Shown: one piece after another, positions 1 to 11,723 of the stretch
Position numbering within the stretch: the stretch's first letter is position 1
Layout of the letters: each line of letters begins with the position of its first letter
Assembly: GCA_030704615.1 (NCBI GenBank)
Contig: CM060734.1
Coordinates: 558,001 to 622,000 of the forward strand
DNA from: Takakia lepidozioides
Taxonomy: Eukaryota > Plantae > Bryophyta
Reading direction: 5' to 3'
DNA length: 64,000 nucleotides
Made by a program: the position numbers and the translations under genes
The notes under the pieces: generated by a model
Database searches by the model: none
What the model saw: only the letters and a program-made list of their open reading frames with translations
What the model was told of the DNA's origin: nothing

Positions 1-30
1 GATTAAAGGAGAAAGCAAACATTGGCAAGA

Positions 31-556
31 CTCTCAAACTACCTTGCGTCAACGCAAGGTTGTTTGATGAGCTTTAGCAGTTCCAGAATCCATGCAGACG
101 GACACTTGAGGTTGTTTCTTGGGCTGGCAATTTTCGGAGTGAAGGAAAAACGAGCCATTGGTTGTGCTCTCAAACAACCTTGCGTCAACGCAAGGTTGTT
201 TGATGAGCTTCAACCTTTCGAAAAAACTCTTCAGAAGGACACAGGCTTGCAACCCGAACCAACCTTGCGTTGACGCAAGGTTGATTGTGGGATTTGCAAC
301 GGTGGGAAAACAGATAATGAATGGCCGAAGCAGACATGGACGATACATTTGAAACAACCTTGCGTCAACGCAAGGTTGTTTTGTGGCATTCAAAGGGCAA
401 TGTTTTTCTCAATTGTCTGTGTCTGTAACCTGAATCAACCTTGCGTTGACGCAAGGTTGATTCAGGTTGTCTTCACAGAATCATGTTCTTGTCAATCAGT
501 CTATATTCGAGCATTCCAGCAACCAGCAAATCGACCTTGCGTTGACGAAAGGTTTT
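31..556. repeat. Array of 6 palindromic repeats ACCTTGCG-TCAA/TTGA-CGCAAGGT separated by non-repeating spacers; probable DNA-transposon subterminal repeats
   Basis: Cores at 41-60, 177-196, 262-281, 357-376, 438-457 and 534-553 (degenerate). Spacings are 136, 85, 95, 81 and 96 bp, with mixed loop orientation. The fifth copy has about 19-bp arms. Confidence 0.85.
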
Positions 557-1779
557 ATTGCTATCTACCAGACAGACTAAAACTTAGCTGTGGCAACTGG
601 TACGTCATACATACCTCTGCTTGCTTCTTTGCAGCGCTCGAAGACACACCTCCCGTCTGACTCGTCTCCTTCAATTCGTGTGGTAGGATCGGTCCCAGAA
701 GATCAGGCTGGTGGGTGACAAAACCACGAACTTCAAGCTCCGTTGTCTCTTCCATTACGCGAACCATCGGGGACTGTTGTCTGAGTCCTGCCCAGGGTTC
801 CTCCTCTCCACCCTCAAAAGACTGAAGCTCGTTGGGCTCCTTCTATACGGCGGCTAAACCCTCTGGAGACTGCCGCACAACAGCTCCTCCGGCCTCTCTC
901 TCTTCAGCCTCAGCCTCCCCCTCTCCTCCGGCCTGTCCCACCCCGGTGTCCTCTCCCAACATGAGTTCCCTTCGGATCTTCTTCATTCTCTCCTTTGCCC
1001 GCAACCTTTGTTTGCTAGATGTGAAGTACAGAGTTTGGCGACGCCTTCTCCTAGCTCGAGAGGGAGTCTCACTATCGTCATGATCTAGGATTGCAGAGAG
1101 GGAGAGAAATAGTGGTGCGAGAAAGACGAAAATCACTTGCCTCTCCCCCTCCCCTACTGCGCCAAGATGTCATCTTCATGGAGAAGCGGCATGGTTGTGT
1201 GGAGTATCTGCATGCAAGACACGTCGTCCCTGTACGGTCAAGAGTCGAGCTAAAATAAGGTTATTTTAGAATAGAAGTACGGTCCTGGGAAATTTTTGGT
1301 TGTCGCTTCGGTGGTGGTGGCTTCTCCATGTCATTTGCTCATTCAAAACAAATGAATGAAAACAAGTAGAGCAATCTCATCCGACCTGCTTTTCATCTCT
1401 ACTTATGACACATCACATCTTAAGATAGAATGAACGGGTGGCTGGACAGCTGGTGTCTGAAGAAAACCGTTGGATACAAGCAGTTATTGATTACATAAGA
1501 TGCCTTGTAAGATGTGTAATGTGGATGGATGAGGATAGATGGCCTGGTGCAAATTGCAATGAAACTGCTCATCCACCTTGCCGTACATCGGCACTAACGT
1601 TCCAGTATGGGCGCGTCGATCATGTTGTTTGATGCTATCCCCAGACGTACGGCTCGTTGCTCCAGTGTTGGCACACTTTGTTGGACACTGTTCCCGTACT
1701 CTTCTCTGCTTTACGAATGGCTCTCACAAAAGACTTGGTAAAATTCTAATGTCCTTACAAATCTCTCCCCCTCACCAAA

Positions 1780-2237
1780 GTGCCAAATGCCAATGGGATG
1801 GCAACCGTTGGAGAGGATGTCCTCTGTAGAAGCTTGGATCTGCAAGTTGGAACTGTGCATGTGGAGAAAGAAGTGCATGACTCCGCCGGTAGAGTCGACA
1901 GCATGATGATTCTGGAGCCATTTGTGTGCGAGGACCGTGTTAGACAATGGAGAGTTCCAGCAGGCACTTACCGCGTGCATGGGGATCAGCGACGTTTGTC
2001 CGCAGGTTCTACACTCACTCCAGGAACTGCCGCTTCGGTGGCTCCGGCCTTCACACCTGCTACAATCAAAAAAGAGGACACCAGCACATCGACGGCTTTT
2101 GTTGATCTCTCGGAAAGCTCCGGTGACGAAGACATCTCTGAGATTCCACCACCTCTAACACATCTATCTTCTTTTGAAGAACCAAATTTGCAGGAGATAG
2201 GTAGTGTCGTTCCAAAGTTGCAGTCTATGAAAGGCTT
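1780..2237 (+). pseudogene. ORF of unknown function, probably transposon-associated, interrupted by Gypsy copy 1
   Basis: The 164-aa ORF runs into the TGTCA terminus at 2238. No family recognised. Confidence 0.3.
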
Positions 2238-2564
2238 TGTCAAGTTATTTTACCACAAGTATGAAACTAGCTAGGAAATAGCTAGCTTTTACATATTGAC
2301 ATTTGGGATTGGCCCAAGTGTCAATCCAGGGGTCAAGGCAGATTTAGGCCCTGGAGTGGTTATCTTCACGGCAAGCGCAGGAGGCTCATCTTTCTCGAGT
2401 TGAGCCTCACCGCGCCTAGCTATGGCGCCGTAGTGTGGATTCCCCATGGCGTGGGGTGCACTTGGCTTGACTTGTATTTGAGTGATGAGGTTATATATGC
2501 ATGAGTTTATGCTTCAGCTTTGTGAGCTCGCATGAGCTTGTGCTTGTATTCTTCTTCTTTATCA
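2238..2564 (+). repeat. Terminal repeat A (327 bp, TGTCA...TTATCA) of the DNMT-Gypsy
   Basis: Colinear end to end with 37321-37740. Shared blocks: GGAGGCTCATCT..AGTTGAGCCTC hairpin, GTGGATTCC, CTTGACTT, TGCTTCA..GCTTTG, terminal TTATCA. Confidence 0.75.
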
Positions 2565-2580
2565 CTCGAGAAAGATGAGC
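2565..2580 (+). promoter_or_regulatory. Putative self-priming primer-binding site
   Basis: CTCGAGAAAGATGAGC directly follows repeat A and is the exact reverse complement of 2384-2399 inside A. There is no TGG-starting tRNA PBS here. Confidence 0.65.
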
Positions 2581-3274
2581 TCGTATCTGTGAGTGCCAAA
2601 TACGAGTTAGTTGTAGCACTTGTGGTTTTTGCTTGAGGATGAGAGAAACCAGGTTGTTATGCAAGGAGCACCGTGGAGCCCTTGGTTGTTAGAAGCGGAG
2701 GCGATGTGGGTTGCGAGGTGGTAGACTTTGGCATTCGATCTTCAGCTTCAAAGATGAAAGCACCATGCTGCAGGTAATTCCAGAGCACCTTGATGGTTTC
2801 AGATTGTGTACATGCATGAGCAAGCACGATTGGGAAGATGACCGGTCAAGAGCAGGTTATAGTGGCTTTGGTGGCAAAGTTGAGAATTGGACTTGGGAAT
2901 GCGAGCTTTCATTGTGTGAAGGATTGCAAGACCAAACAAAAGGGCTGATTTGGCTTGGGGAAAATCAGTGCACTTTGTGGAGTATGATGAGATTGGGTTT
3001 CAATCTCGAGCTTCAGCATTGAGAGGGCTCTTGTCATGGCAAGAGCAGGGCTGGAACAGGAGCTAAGAGGTGCAGCAAGGCCATGGAATGTGCACCTAGG
3101 GTTTCAGAGCTTGGAAGAAGAGCTCTTGCACCACAAGATGAGTGTCTTGTGGCTGGAAATGTAAGCCTTAGGGTTTCAGGAGCTTGGCAAAGGCTGTGGA
3201 GTGCTTAGTCCTGTCTTAGAGAGCATCAAGGAGCCAAGGAGCCAAGATAGGGGGTTGATACCTCTTGTGTTTAG

Positions 3275-3665
3275 GGGTTGCATGTGTGGAGCATGTATTC
3301 AGCTCATTGAAGCTTCCATCTTCAAGCTTGGAGGGCAAGCAAGGAAGATGGAAGGGCTGACTTCCCTTATGTGAGGGCAATGCATGTATGGAGCATGCTT
3401 TCAGCCTGTTGAAGGCTTGTACTTTCAGGTTTGGGAGTGCAAGAAATGAAGGAAGGGGCTGGTTTCCCTGTAGGGCATGTGTGGAGCATGCTTTCAGCCC
3501 GCTGAAGCTTGTATTTTCAGGTTTGTGGGTGCAAGAAATGAAGCAAAGGAGCTGATTCTCTTATGGTGAGAGTGAGGCATGTGTGGAGCATGCCTTCAGC
3601 CCATTGAGGCTCTTGTTTTCAAGCTTTAGAGAGCTAGAACGGAAGGGCTAGGGCTGGTTTCCACT
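3275..3665. repeat. About 4 copies of a ~100-bp tandem repeat in the DNMT-Gypsy leader
   Basis: CATGT(G/A)TGGAGCATG recurs at 3281, 3383, 3476 and 3578. It is mirrored at about 63600-64000. Confidence 0.8.
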
Positions 3666-4111
3666 TGGGGTGAAATAAAAGCACTTGTAAGGCATATGTG
3701 AGTTGGGGTTTCAACTTCAAGCTTGAAGGGAGCACAACTCTTGAAGCAGCAGGTGCAGGGGCTAGATTAGGTGCAAAGGGCATGCTATGGTCAAGAAAAG
3801 CACGTAAATGAGTGCCTACAAGGGCTGGAAGTCATCCATGTTTGGTTAGTCGCCATAGGGATCAATGGCGCTGTTTTGTGAGTTAAAAGGAAACTTGTGC
3901 ACTTAGTTTCGGTTGCAAACATCTTCCTTTGGAATTAGAGCTACTATTGGTGGTGTGTGGGGGCCACAAAGAGCAAGAATACCTTGCTGATTTCCTCACA
4001 GCCGCCATAGCTCGGTGCAAAGAAGCCTAGAGTCCAAGAGACACAAACCCTAGCTTGGCGTGGCTAAACCCCTTGGAAAAATGGCTAAACTGTCATGAGT
4101 GGCCATGGATG

Positions 4112-4520
4112 GGGCTGTGACGGGCTGTGACAGGCTGTGATAGGCTATGATGGGTTGTGACGGGTTGTGACGGGCTGTGCCCTGTGGCCTGTGGGGCTGT
4201 GACGGGCTGTGACAGGTTGTGATGGGCTGTGAGGGGTTGTGACAGGATGTGGCCTTTGGGGCTGACCCCTGTGACCTGTGTAGGGCTGTGAGGGGCTGTG
4301 CCTGTGGCCTTTGGGGCTGTGAGGGGCTGTGACAGGCTGTGCCTATGGCCTTTGGGGCTGTGAGGGACTGTGACAGGCTGTGACCTGTGGCCTGTGGGGC
4401 TGTGACGGACTGTGACAGGCTGTGCCTATGGCCTTTGGGGCTGTGATGGGCTGTGATAGGCTGTGACCTGTAGCCTGTGTGGGGTTGTGACGGCTGTGAC
4501 CAGTGGTCTGTGTGGGCCTG
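4112..4520. repeat. GGGCTGTGAC-type minisatellite in the DNMT-Gypsy leader
   Basis: Many degenerate 10-bp units with higher-order blocks. The reverse-complement version lies at about 62650-63150. Confidence 0.9.
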
Positions 4521-5453
4521 TGCTAGTCTGTGGTGGCCCGTGTTGACATGTGGACGGCCTATGCTAACTCGTGGAGACACTGGTGGACTGCCTGAGGACT
4601 AGCATGCGGTCTTGAAGGCCAAATTTTGAAGCTCGTGGAGGGCGGTTTGAGGAGTATCTTCATGATATTTCCATGGTCATGCAAGTGAGGGAAGAGAGGA
4701 GAAAAAGAGTGTTGGGATGAGGGCATGCTGGGTTTAGGCATTGCTTTAACTTCTCTTCCTCGTAGTTTTCCACCCTCTCATTAGGCCAAGACCTTTCCAT
4801 AGGTGGAGGCAAGAGTCAGTCCGTGTTTGGGCTAGGGTGTCCTTGCAGGAGCAACACCGTGGAGATGTTTTTGGTGTGGGGGAGTTGTCATTTTGATTTC
4901 TTGTGTTTGGATCCCCTCCATACCTGCATGCTTGACTGTGCGCCATGTTAGTTTTGTGTGGGCGCTTGTTTTTATAGGTGATTGGTCCGGATTTGATCAC
5001 CGGCCAGTCCTAGAGCATGCTGTCGATGGTGAGGCTGGGGTGATGACCAGTCAGACTATCATTGTTTCTCCTGTGGTGAGGTTGGAGGTGATGACCAGCC
5101 AACCATAGGAGTGCTTGCGGTGGATGCAGGTGCAAGTGTAGGCTATGTTAGGAACCTAGTATTCCAAACCATAAGCCGCAACAAGTTCTCTACCCGGTTA
5201 CCTTGTGGAGAGGGGGTTAGGGACATGTTCATAACCGGTTGAGTGACAGTTTGTCAACAGGGAGGTGCCACTAGTTGCTGGGGACAGTGCCGGTTCAAGC
5301 ACTAGCGATACTAGTGGGTACACGAGACGAGGTGTGCGGTTTAGGCCACCTACACCTCATGTGTCTTCTACGGAAGGTTCTGATGCAGATTGTGAATCAG
5401 GAGGACTCACACCGGCGGTGCAAATTGTTTCCTTGCCATTGTTATGGGACACA

Positions 5454-8032
5454 ATGGACGAGATGTATGGAGCTACCAAGGGGCCACGAAGGTACTCTGG
5501 GGCGGTGGGCACCATCGAGTTGGATGATTTTATCGAAGAGTTTGATAGTTGGTGTGATTTGCAGCAAATGCACAATCCACAATTATTTACGCCTTTCATG
5601 GCATGGAAGGGGCTGTTTCAGCACCATGAGGGGCCACCTATGGATGATTACCATGAGTTCAGGTAGGGGCATGAGGTTGAGATTGAGGAGTGGAGGATGT
5701 ACTGGTCACCCGACTATGTCTCCATCACTAGGGGCACTAGAACCACGAGGGCAATGGCTACACCTGCCGCTGCACCGGCAACTTCAACATGCAACAGTGG
5801 GACTAGTGGGACTGGTGGTATGGTAGCTACAACGTCCACCCAAGCCACTACCGCACCAGCACCAGTACTTGTGCCTGCCTTCAACCCTATTGTGGAGTTC
5901 TTCGAAGAGTTGAGAGGGAACTACCAAGGGGTGAGGACAGAGAAGTTGCGGAGCTTGCAAGAGTTCCAACGGAAGCCTATTGAGAGCTTGAGGGAGGCTT
6001 TCACTCGCATGAGGCGCTTGATAAATGTAACCCAAGGGGTTACAGAAGCTCAGGCAGTCCAATTATGGTATGAGATATTGGACAAGGAGCTGAGGAAAAG
6101 GGTGCAGGATGCAACTCTCCTACAAGCGGCCCAACCCACCTTAGCAAATGTGTTTTTGCTGGCAGAGCGGATAGAGCTCAACATGGTGGAGGAACGAGTG
6201 GTCATGGTAGGATTTGCTAAGGAGACACCACGGGGTAGTGGTGCTCCTAGCCAACCACTACCTCAACGTGCTCAAGGCAACAAGGGGGCTCAGGTGAAGC
6301 TCAGGGAAGGACAGAGAGGACCTCAGATGCAGGGGTCTCTCCCTTCATTTGCAGGCCAACAACGGGCAGAGGTGGTGTATTGGACATGTGGAGGACCCCA
6401 TGTCAAGAAGGATTGCCCAGAAGGAGGCAAAGGGCCGGCACATGCACAGCCTGCACAGTTGCAGTGTGGGCATTGTGGCAAGCACGGGCATGGAGAGGCC
6501 CAATGTTATGGTTTGCATCCTGAGTTGCGCCCAGGCCAGTTCCAAGGGAACATTGGTGGCCGGGGGCGAGGTGGGGCAGCCCAGAGAAGACAAGGTGGCC
6601 AGGCACGAGGTGTAGGCCAAGGGCAAGCTCAACATGGCCAAGGATGCGGAGGTCAGGGTGTTGACCAAGGCATGGCCAACCGGCTTCAGCTGCTAGAGCA
6701 GAGACTCGCTGCCATGACTACAGCTCAGGTGGTACCGGCTCCAAGGCCGGATGGTCCACCTCCTGCTCCTGAAGGAGGAGATATGGGAGGCATGGGATTC
6801 ATGTGCGGAGCAGCACTACCACTAGTGCAGGTGGAGTCTGCTGCAGCCGTGACTCGAGGAGCAGCACGAGGTCCTGAGCCACAAGGTGCAGAGGTGGAGT
6901 TGGATCCACAGCGTGGGGAGGCAAGCCGTCAGGCTAGGCTTCCTCAGTCATTCACATTGGCGGAGACAGTGTCGACACCATCTATGGCACCTAGTTCTCG
7001 CCCGATTGTTACCGAGGCGGAGGTTATTATGCCATTGGGGAGAGCTACACGGGTAGCACCACTACCTAGTGTTGCCAAGGCTACGGCAGCTAGTGTGTTG
7101 CTAGGAGCGGCCACATCTGTGTGCCAGGCTCCATTGTTCTCGGCTACCATGATTGCGACGCCGGGGGTAAGACCAACTGAGGTGTTCAGGCTGGCAGCTA
7201 CACTCTGTGAGAGTGGGGAGGTTACTTCATCTTCTGCGGAGATAGTGAGAGGTGTAGTGCCGAAGGGATCCTCGGATTTGAGGGTCAAGACTGCCACGAC
7301 GGCGCCATGGCAAGCTGCAGCTGCCAGGTTGATGGAGCTGCCAGCTAGGCCAGCCATTGAGTGCGCCATGGTGACACCTGGAGTTGTCATGTTAGACAAC
7401 CATGATGGCATTTTCTGTTTGAGTGGACCGGCAGGCAAGAGGTATCGGCCACTGCGGGTCTTGTTGGACTCGGGAGCTCAGCCATTGATGCTGGGCAGAG
7501 CTGCTATTGCAAGCTTGGGCCTCACGGAGGCGGATATGGAGCCTTGTCTTTCCAGATACAGACATCTCTGGGAGGATCGGAGCAGGCTCGGGGCATGACA
7601 CGGCGTGAGTTGGCTATCAGACTACGGCCGGATCACCCTACAGATGGCTCAGTGATGCGAGTCAAGGCCATTGTGACAGACGCGGTCTCATACAATGTTC
7701 TGGTTGGTGGGGCAGTGTTATACCCCATGGGCTTCACCCTGGATTTTTGGGAGGAGTCAGCTTCCTATAGGCCTGGATGGCAGTCAGGGGAGGGCCGGCG
7801 TGTACAGCTCCCTGTGACGTTCATAGGAGGAGTTGCGGTTGCCCAGTGGGGCAAGATGCCGACACTAACAGCATTCACAGCTGCAGTGTGTTGGCCTGGA
7901 GAGTTGCATGAGGGCAACGCTCATTCAGAGGATGACACACCTCTAGGAGAGCAGGTTGACATGTATCGTATGGCGGAGTTGCCTGCCATGGTTGCTCAGA
8001 CTCCATTGTGGGGCTCGAGCAAGGATTTGTAG
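5454..8032 (+). pseudogene. gag: Gag plus aspartic protease of DNMT-Gypsy copy 1
   Basis: Gag-like segment FQRKPIESLREAFTRMRRL, CCHC knuckle, VLLDSGAQP. Premature TAG at 5664 and 8030; frameshift at about 7545. Confidence 0.85.
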
Positions 8033-8182
8033 CGGGTTGCTGATCGACGGGTGCAACAAGCCTGGGTAGAGGCTTTTGTACCGTCAGGAGAGGAGGACAG
8101 TGCGGGGATTGCACCAGGACCACCTCAGTTGTCACCATTGGACACCACCCCGATCGTGTGACATTATCCGGATGAAGGCAGT

Positions 8183-9115
8183 TGTCTTCGAGACTTGTTT
8201 GGCGGGATCAGCACCGGATTGGCTGCTGTGTTACAGGCAGGTGTACGAGTTCGGCGTTACATGTATGTGGAGAGGGATGAGACTGCACGACGCGTTTCAC
8301 TTCGCCATGTTGCTCAGTTGGTGCAGCAGTACCCTAAGTTGTTGCCGGTGTCTGCAATTCGTGGATATCAGCAGGCCTTGCCAGCAGACATTTCGTTGCT
8401 GGGGGCGCATGATTTGGAGCGGGTTGGCTCCATTGATCTGGTAGTGGCAAGTTGGCCCTGCCAAGGGCATTCATCAGCCGGGCATTGCAATGGATTGCGA
8501 AACTCGAGGTCGGGTCTGTTTTGGGAGATGATACGGGTTTTGCGCCACTTGCAGCTTCATCAAGCTGTATCTCCAGCATATATCTTGGAGAATGTGCCAT
8601 TGATGGGCGATTCTTGGGCCAGGGTGATGGCCAATGTGCATCAAGTCCGGTCGTGGCTTGGGTCAGCAGTGTTGCTAGATGCAGCTGCAGTGGGGTCACG
8701 GGCTCATCGTCCCCGGCTATGGTGGACTAACTTGATGCCACCCACACTGCTCAAAGCGTGCATTTGATGGGGTGCAGCGACCAACACACCTCACAGTGGA
8801 TAGCATTTTGGACACAAGGAGGCAGTCTCAGCGTGTGAGACACGATGACCGTTCACCTTTGGCAGTGGTCAACAAGGTGGGTCAACCACGAGCAACATTA
8901 CCTACACTGCTCAGCTTCACAGGATCGCATGCTTTCCGTGATAGTGGACCTCGCCTCCTGTGGGATGCTCAGTTGCAGCAGTTAGTGGAGCCTAATGCTG
9001 ACGAGTGTGAGCGGGCAATGGGTTTTACCATTGGTACCACGGCGGTGCCGTCTCTTTCTGAGGCATCACGTCGTCAGGTGTTGCGGCAAGTAATGGATCT
9101 CAATTGCTTGACCTG
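8183..9115 (+). pseudogene. DNMT3-like C5 cytosine DNA methyltransferase domain inside the Gypsy pol (copy 1)
   Basis: Motif I DLFGGI, II YVERD, IV SWPCQG (catalytic Cys intact), VI ENV, VIII DAA..HRPRLWWTNL, IX ERAMGF, X region, all in linear order. One frameshift at about 8760. Confidence 0.92.
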
Positions 9116-9519
9116 GATTATCAGCTTGGCTATGGTTGAGCAACGCAGAGTGCGGAGTACACTTCCCTCGCTGGTCTCTCTGCCTACCGAGACGGTACAG
9201 GCAGTGAGTGGGGCGAGCATGTGAGGACCACGGGGTGCAGGCATCCATGGCATACGTGGGAGGTGCTCGAGGTTCAGAGGGAGTTGGCAGCCAAGTGACG
9301 GTGATGGATGAGGTTGGGGATTTTTCTCGGGTTGAGGAAGTCCTCGAGGATGAGATGATGGGGCAGGATGAGGCCTTGTCATTGACTGAGCGGGTAGGGA
9401 GTACTGCTAAAGAGGTTGCAACATAGCAACCACTGGACGCGTCCTCTATCTCTAAGCCCACTGGACTTAAGGTTGCAGTTACGGAGGACAATTGGGAGCC
9501 TGACATTGGACCCATTGTC

Positions 9520-10920
9520 ACCGGAGGAGAGAGACGACGTATACGACGGTTCCTGAGGGCTTACATGAATTGCTTTATTTTCAGTTTGAAGGATTTGGGA
9601 GCATTGAAGGGTCAAGAGATCCGTATTGAGTTGGCCACTGACACGTCAATCTTTCGGAGACCCTATAGATACAGTGACATGGAGAGGTCTTTGATTCAGA
9701 TGAGGACTCAAGATCTTTGGTAGGCTGGTTTGGTGGAACTTTTTGGTGGAGAGTATGCTTCAGCCACAGTGATGCCAGCCAAGAAGGATGTCTATGGCAA
9801 TTGGACGGAGAGACGTATGTGCGGTGATTACCGGCCTGTAAATCATCAGACCAAGTCCGATAAGTATGCCATGCCAACACCAGAGGAGATCTTTGATGCC
9901 ATTGGGCATGCTAAGGTCTTTAGCACTTTGGATTTACTATCCGGATATCACCAGTTGCCGATCAAGGAGGCGGACAAGCAAAAGACGGCATTCTGGGGAT
10001 CAATGAGCACGGCAAGGATTGCCTATATCAGTGGCGGTTCTTACCATTTGGGCTTAAGAATGCTCCTGCAGAGTTTTCAGAGAGTCATGGATACGATTCT
10101 AGCAGGGGTGGACTTTGCTCGGTGCTACATAGATGACATCATCATCTTTAGTGCTACGGTGGAGGAGCATGAGAGACACCTTCAGATGGTATTGGAGCGC
10201 TTGAGAGCGCACGGATTGAAGTTGCATCCGGGGAAGTGCAAGTTTTTCCACAACCAGATTGAGTATCTGGGTCACATGATATATCCTGGAGGATTGGGGG
10301 TACAGTAGACTAAGGTAGAGGCCATTGCACAAATTCCACGCCCCACGGATGTGAGCCGAGTTCGAGCTTTCATGGGGTTGACAAACTATTATAGACGGTT
10401 TGTCAAGGGATTTAGTGCCATTGCAAAGGCTCTAATCAAGCTGACCAAGGTGGACCAGGAGTGGCAGTGGGAAGATGAGCAGGAACGAGCTTTTCAAGAG
10501 CTCAAGGCGAGCTTGGCCTCGGCGCCTATCCTAAGACGACATATCAGGGGGCGTCCCTTTCAGCTGCATACGGATTGGAGCATGCTGGGGCTTGGAGCGG
10601 TGCTCACACAGGTGGATGATGAGGGAAGAGAGTTCGTAGTGGCTTATGCTAGCCGCTCAAACAACGCTGCAGAGGCTAAGTACAACTCATATGAGGGAGA
10701 GTGCTTAGCTGCAGTGTGGGCCGTGGCACACTTTCAGGTGCTATCTATACGGCAATCTCTTCACCTTTGTCATGGATCACCAGCCACTCAAGTGGTTGAT
10801 GGAGTCAGACAAGCTTACGGAGAAGCTTGCACGGTGGGCACTCATACTCCAGGAGTATGACTTTCAGGTTGTGCATCAACCGGGTTTGGTCAATCGGGAT
10901 GCGGATGGATTGAGTCGCAG
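9520..10920 (+). pseudogene. pol: Reverse transcriptase and RNase H of DNMT-Gypsy copy 1
   Basis: RMCGDYRPVN, FSTLDL.SGYHQ, PFGLKNAP, YIDD, LHTDWS, DHQPLKWL, RWALILQEYDF. Several stops and frameshifts. Confidence 0.93.
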
Positions 10921-11723
10921 TACTATGTTTCCCACACAGAAGAGCAGAGGTTTGCAACTGGGCTTGAGGACATTATGAGATTCGAGATGAATAATCAAAG
11001 GAAGAACCTCATGAGCGCGTTCGACAAACAAATCCGCATAGCAGATCCAAGTCTTGGCATAGAATTTCTAGAGCAGGTGAAAACATATTATGACAAGTAT
11101 GGCTCCAAGCCAGAAATGACCCAAGAGAAACTGCATCGTCTTTCCATATCAATGGTGGCCAATGCAACCAAAATCAGGTGGTTGGAGATCTGGAGGATCT
11201 CGCCTGAGCAGGATCTCGACGTGGACTCCAATTTTGAGTGTGAGTAAGTTCAGCTCTTGTCGTGCAATATATGTTGCATTTCCTTGTGTCATTCCCGTTC
11301 GACAGATGGTTGCTTACATTGTCTATTTCTGCATGATGACATCTACCACCATTCCTCTTCTTGCTTTCCAGAGTTCGGCACCAGTCATCAAATCAGCAGA
11401 CACCTTTCGATTTCCAAGGATACTACATGACCCCAAGTCCCCCTAGAGCTTACCGCTTGCCGGTTTACGCGGAAGCATGCGCACGGGTGTTGTCCCAACA
11501 AACAATGTATTCGCCTCTCCACGGGGGTCATGGAAGAAAAAAACATCACGGATGGGCTGCTGTGTTTATAGATGATATTGCTGCAGACTCTGGAAGTGGT
11601 TCTCTGAAACCTCCAGTAGTTCGTGAGGTTCATGTACAGAGGCTTAATAAATTGTGTGTTGGTGTTGCAAGCATTGCCAAACTGTTTTTCAAGTTCTTCG
11701 CGCGTTCCCGAAAGTACAGTTAG
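10921..11723 (+). other. Probable spliced coding fragment of unknown function
   Basis: ORFs 10975-11247 and 11361-11723 are separated by an intron-like GT..TTCCAG segment (about 11240-11370). No family recognised. Confidence 0.25.

Larger units (their letters stand above)
2238..10920 (+). mobile_element. DNMT-carrying Ty3/Gypsy retrotransposon, copy 1 (repeat A, leader, gag, PR, DNMT, RT, RNase H; 3'-truncated)
   Basis: TGTCA start, zinc knuckle CGHCGKHGHGEAQC, protease LLDSGA, C5-MTase motifs, RT YIDD, RNase H region. Homology to copy 2 stops at about 10920. The leader is homologous (inverted) to 61885-64000. Confidence 0.93.

Noticed and set aside
31-556. CRISPR array
   Set aside because: Spacing is irregular (81-136 bp), repeat orientation is mixed, there are no cas genes, and the context is eukaryotic.
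4050-4580. 176-aa His/Ser/Gln/Pro-rich ORF (and the 62422-63180 equivalent)
   Set aside because: It is a translation of the minisatellite, antisense to the element, and the reading frame is not conserved between copies.
2238-5248. A single 3-kb LTR (TGTC at 2238 to GACA at about 5248)
   Set aside because: No PBS follows it and nothing like it follows the PPT in copies 2 or 3. Homology with the copy 2 terminus ends exactly at 2564. Not fully excluded without a complete copy.
8183-9115. Host DRM2/CMT gene or bacterial restriction-modification methylase
   Set aside because: Motifs are not permuted, there are no UBA, BAH or chromo domains and no introns or partner nuclease, and it is embedded in a Gypsy pol in two copies.
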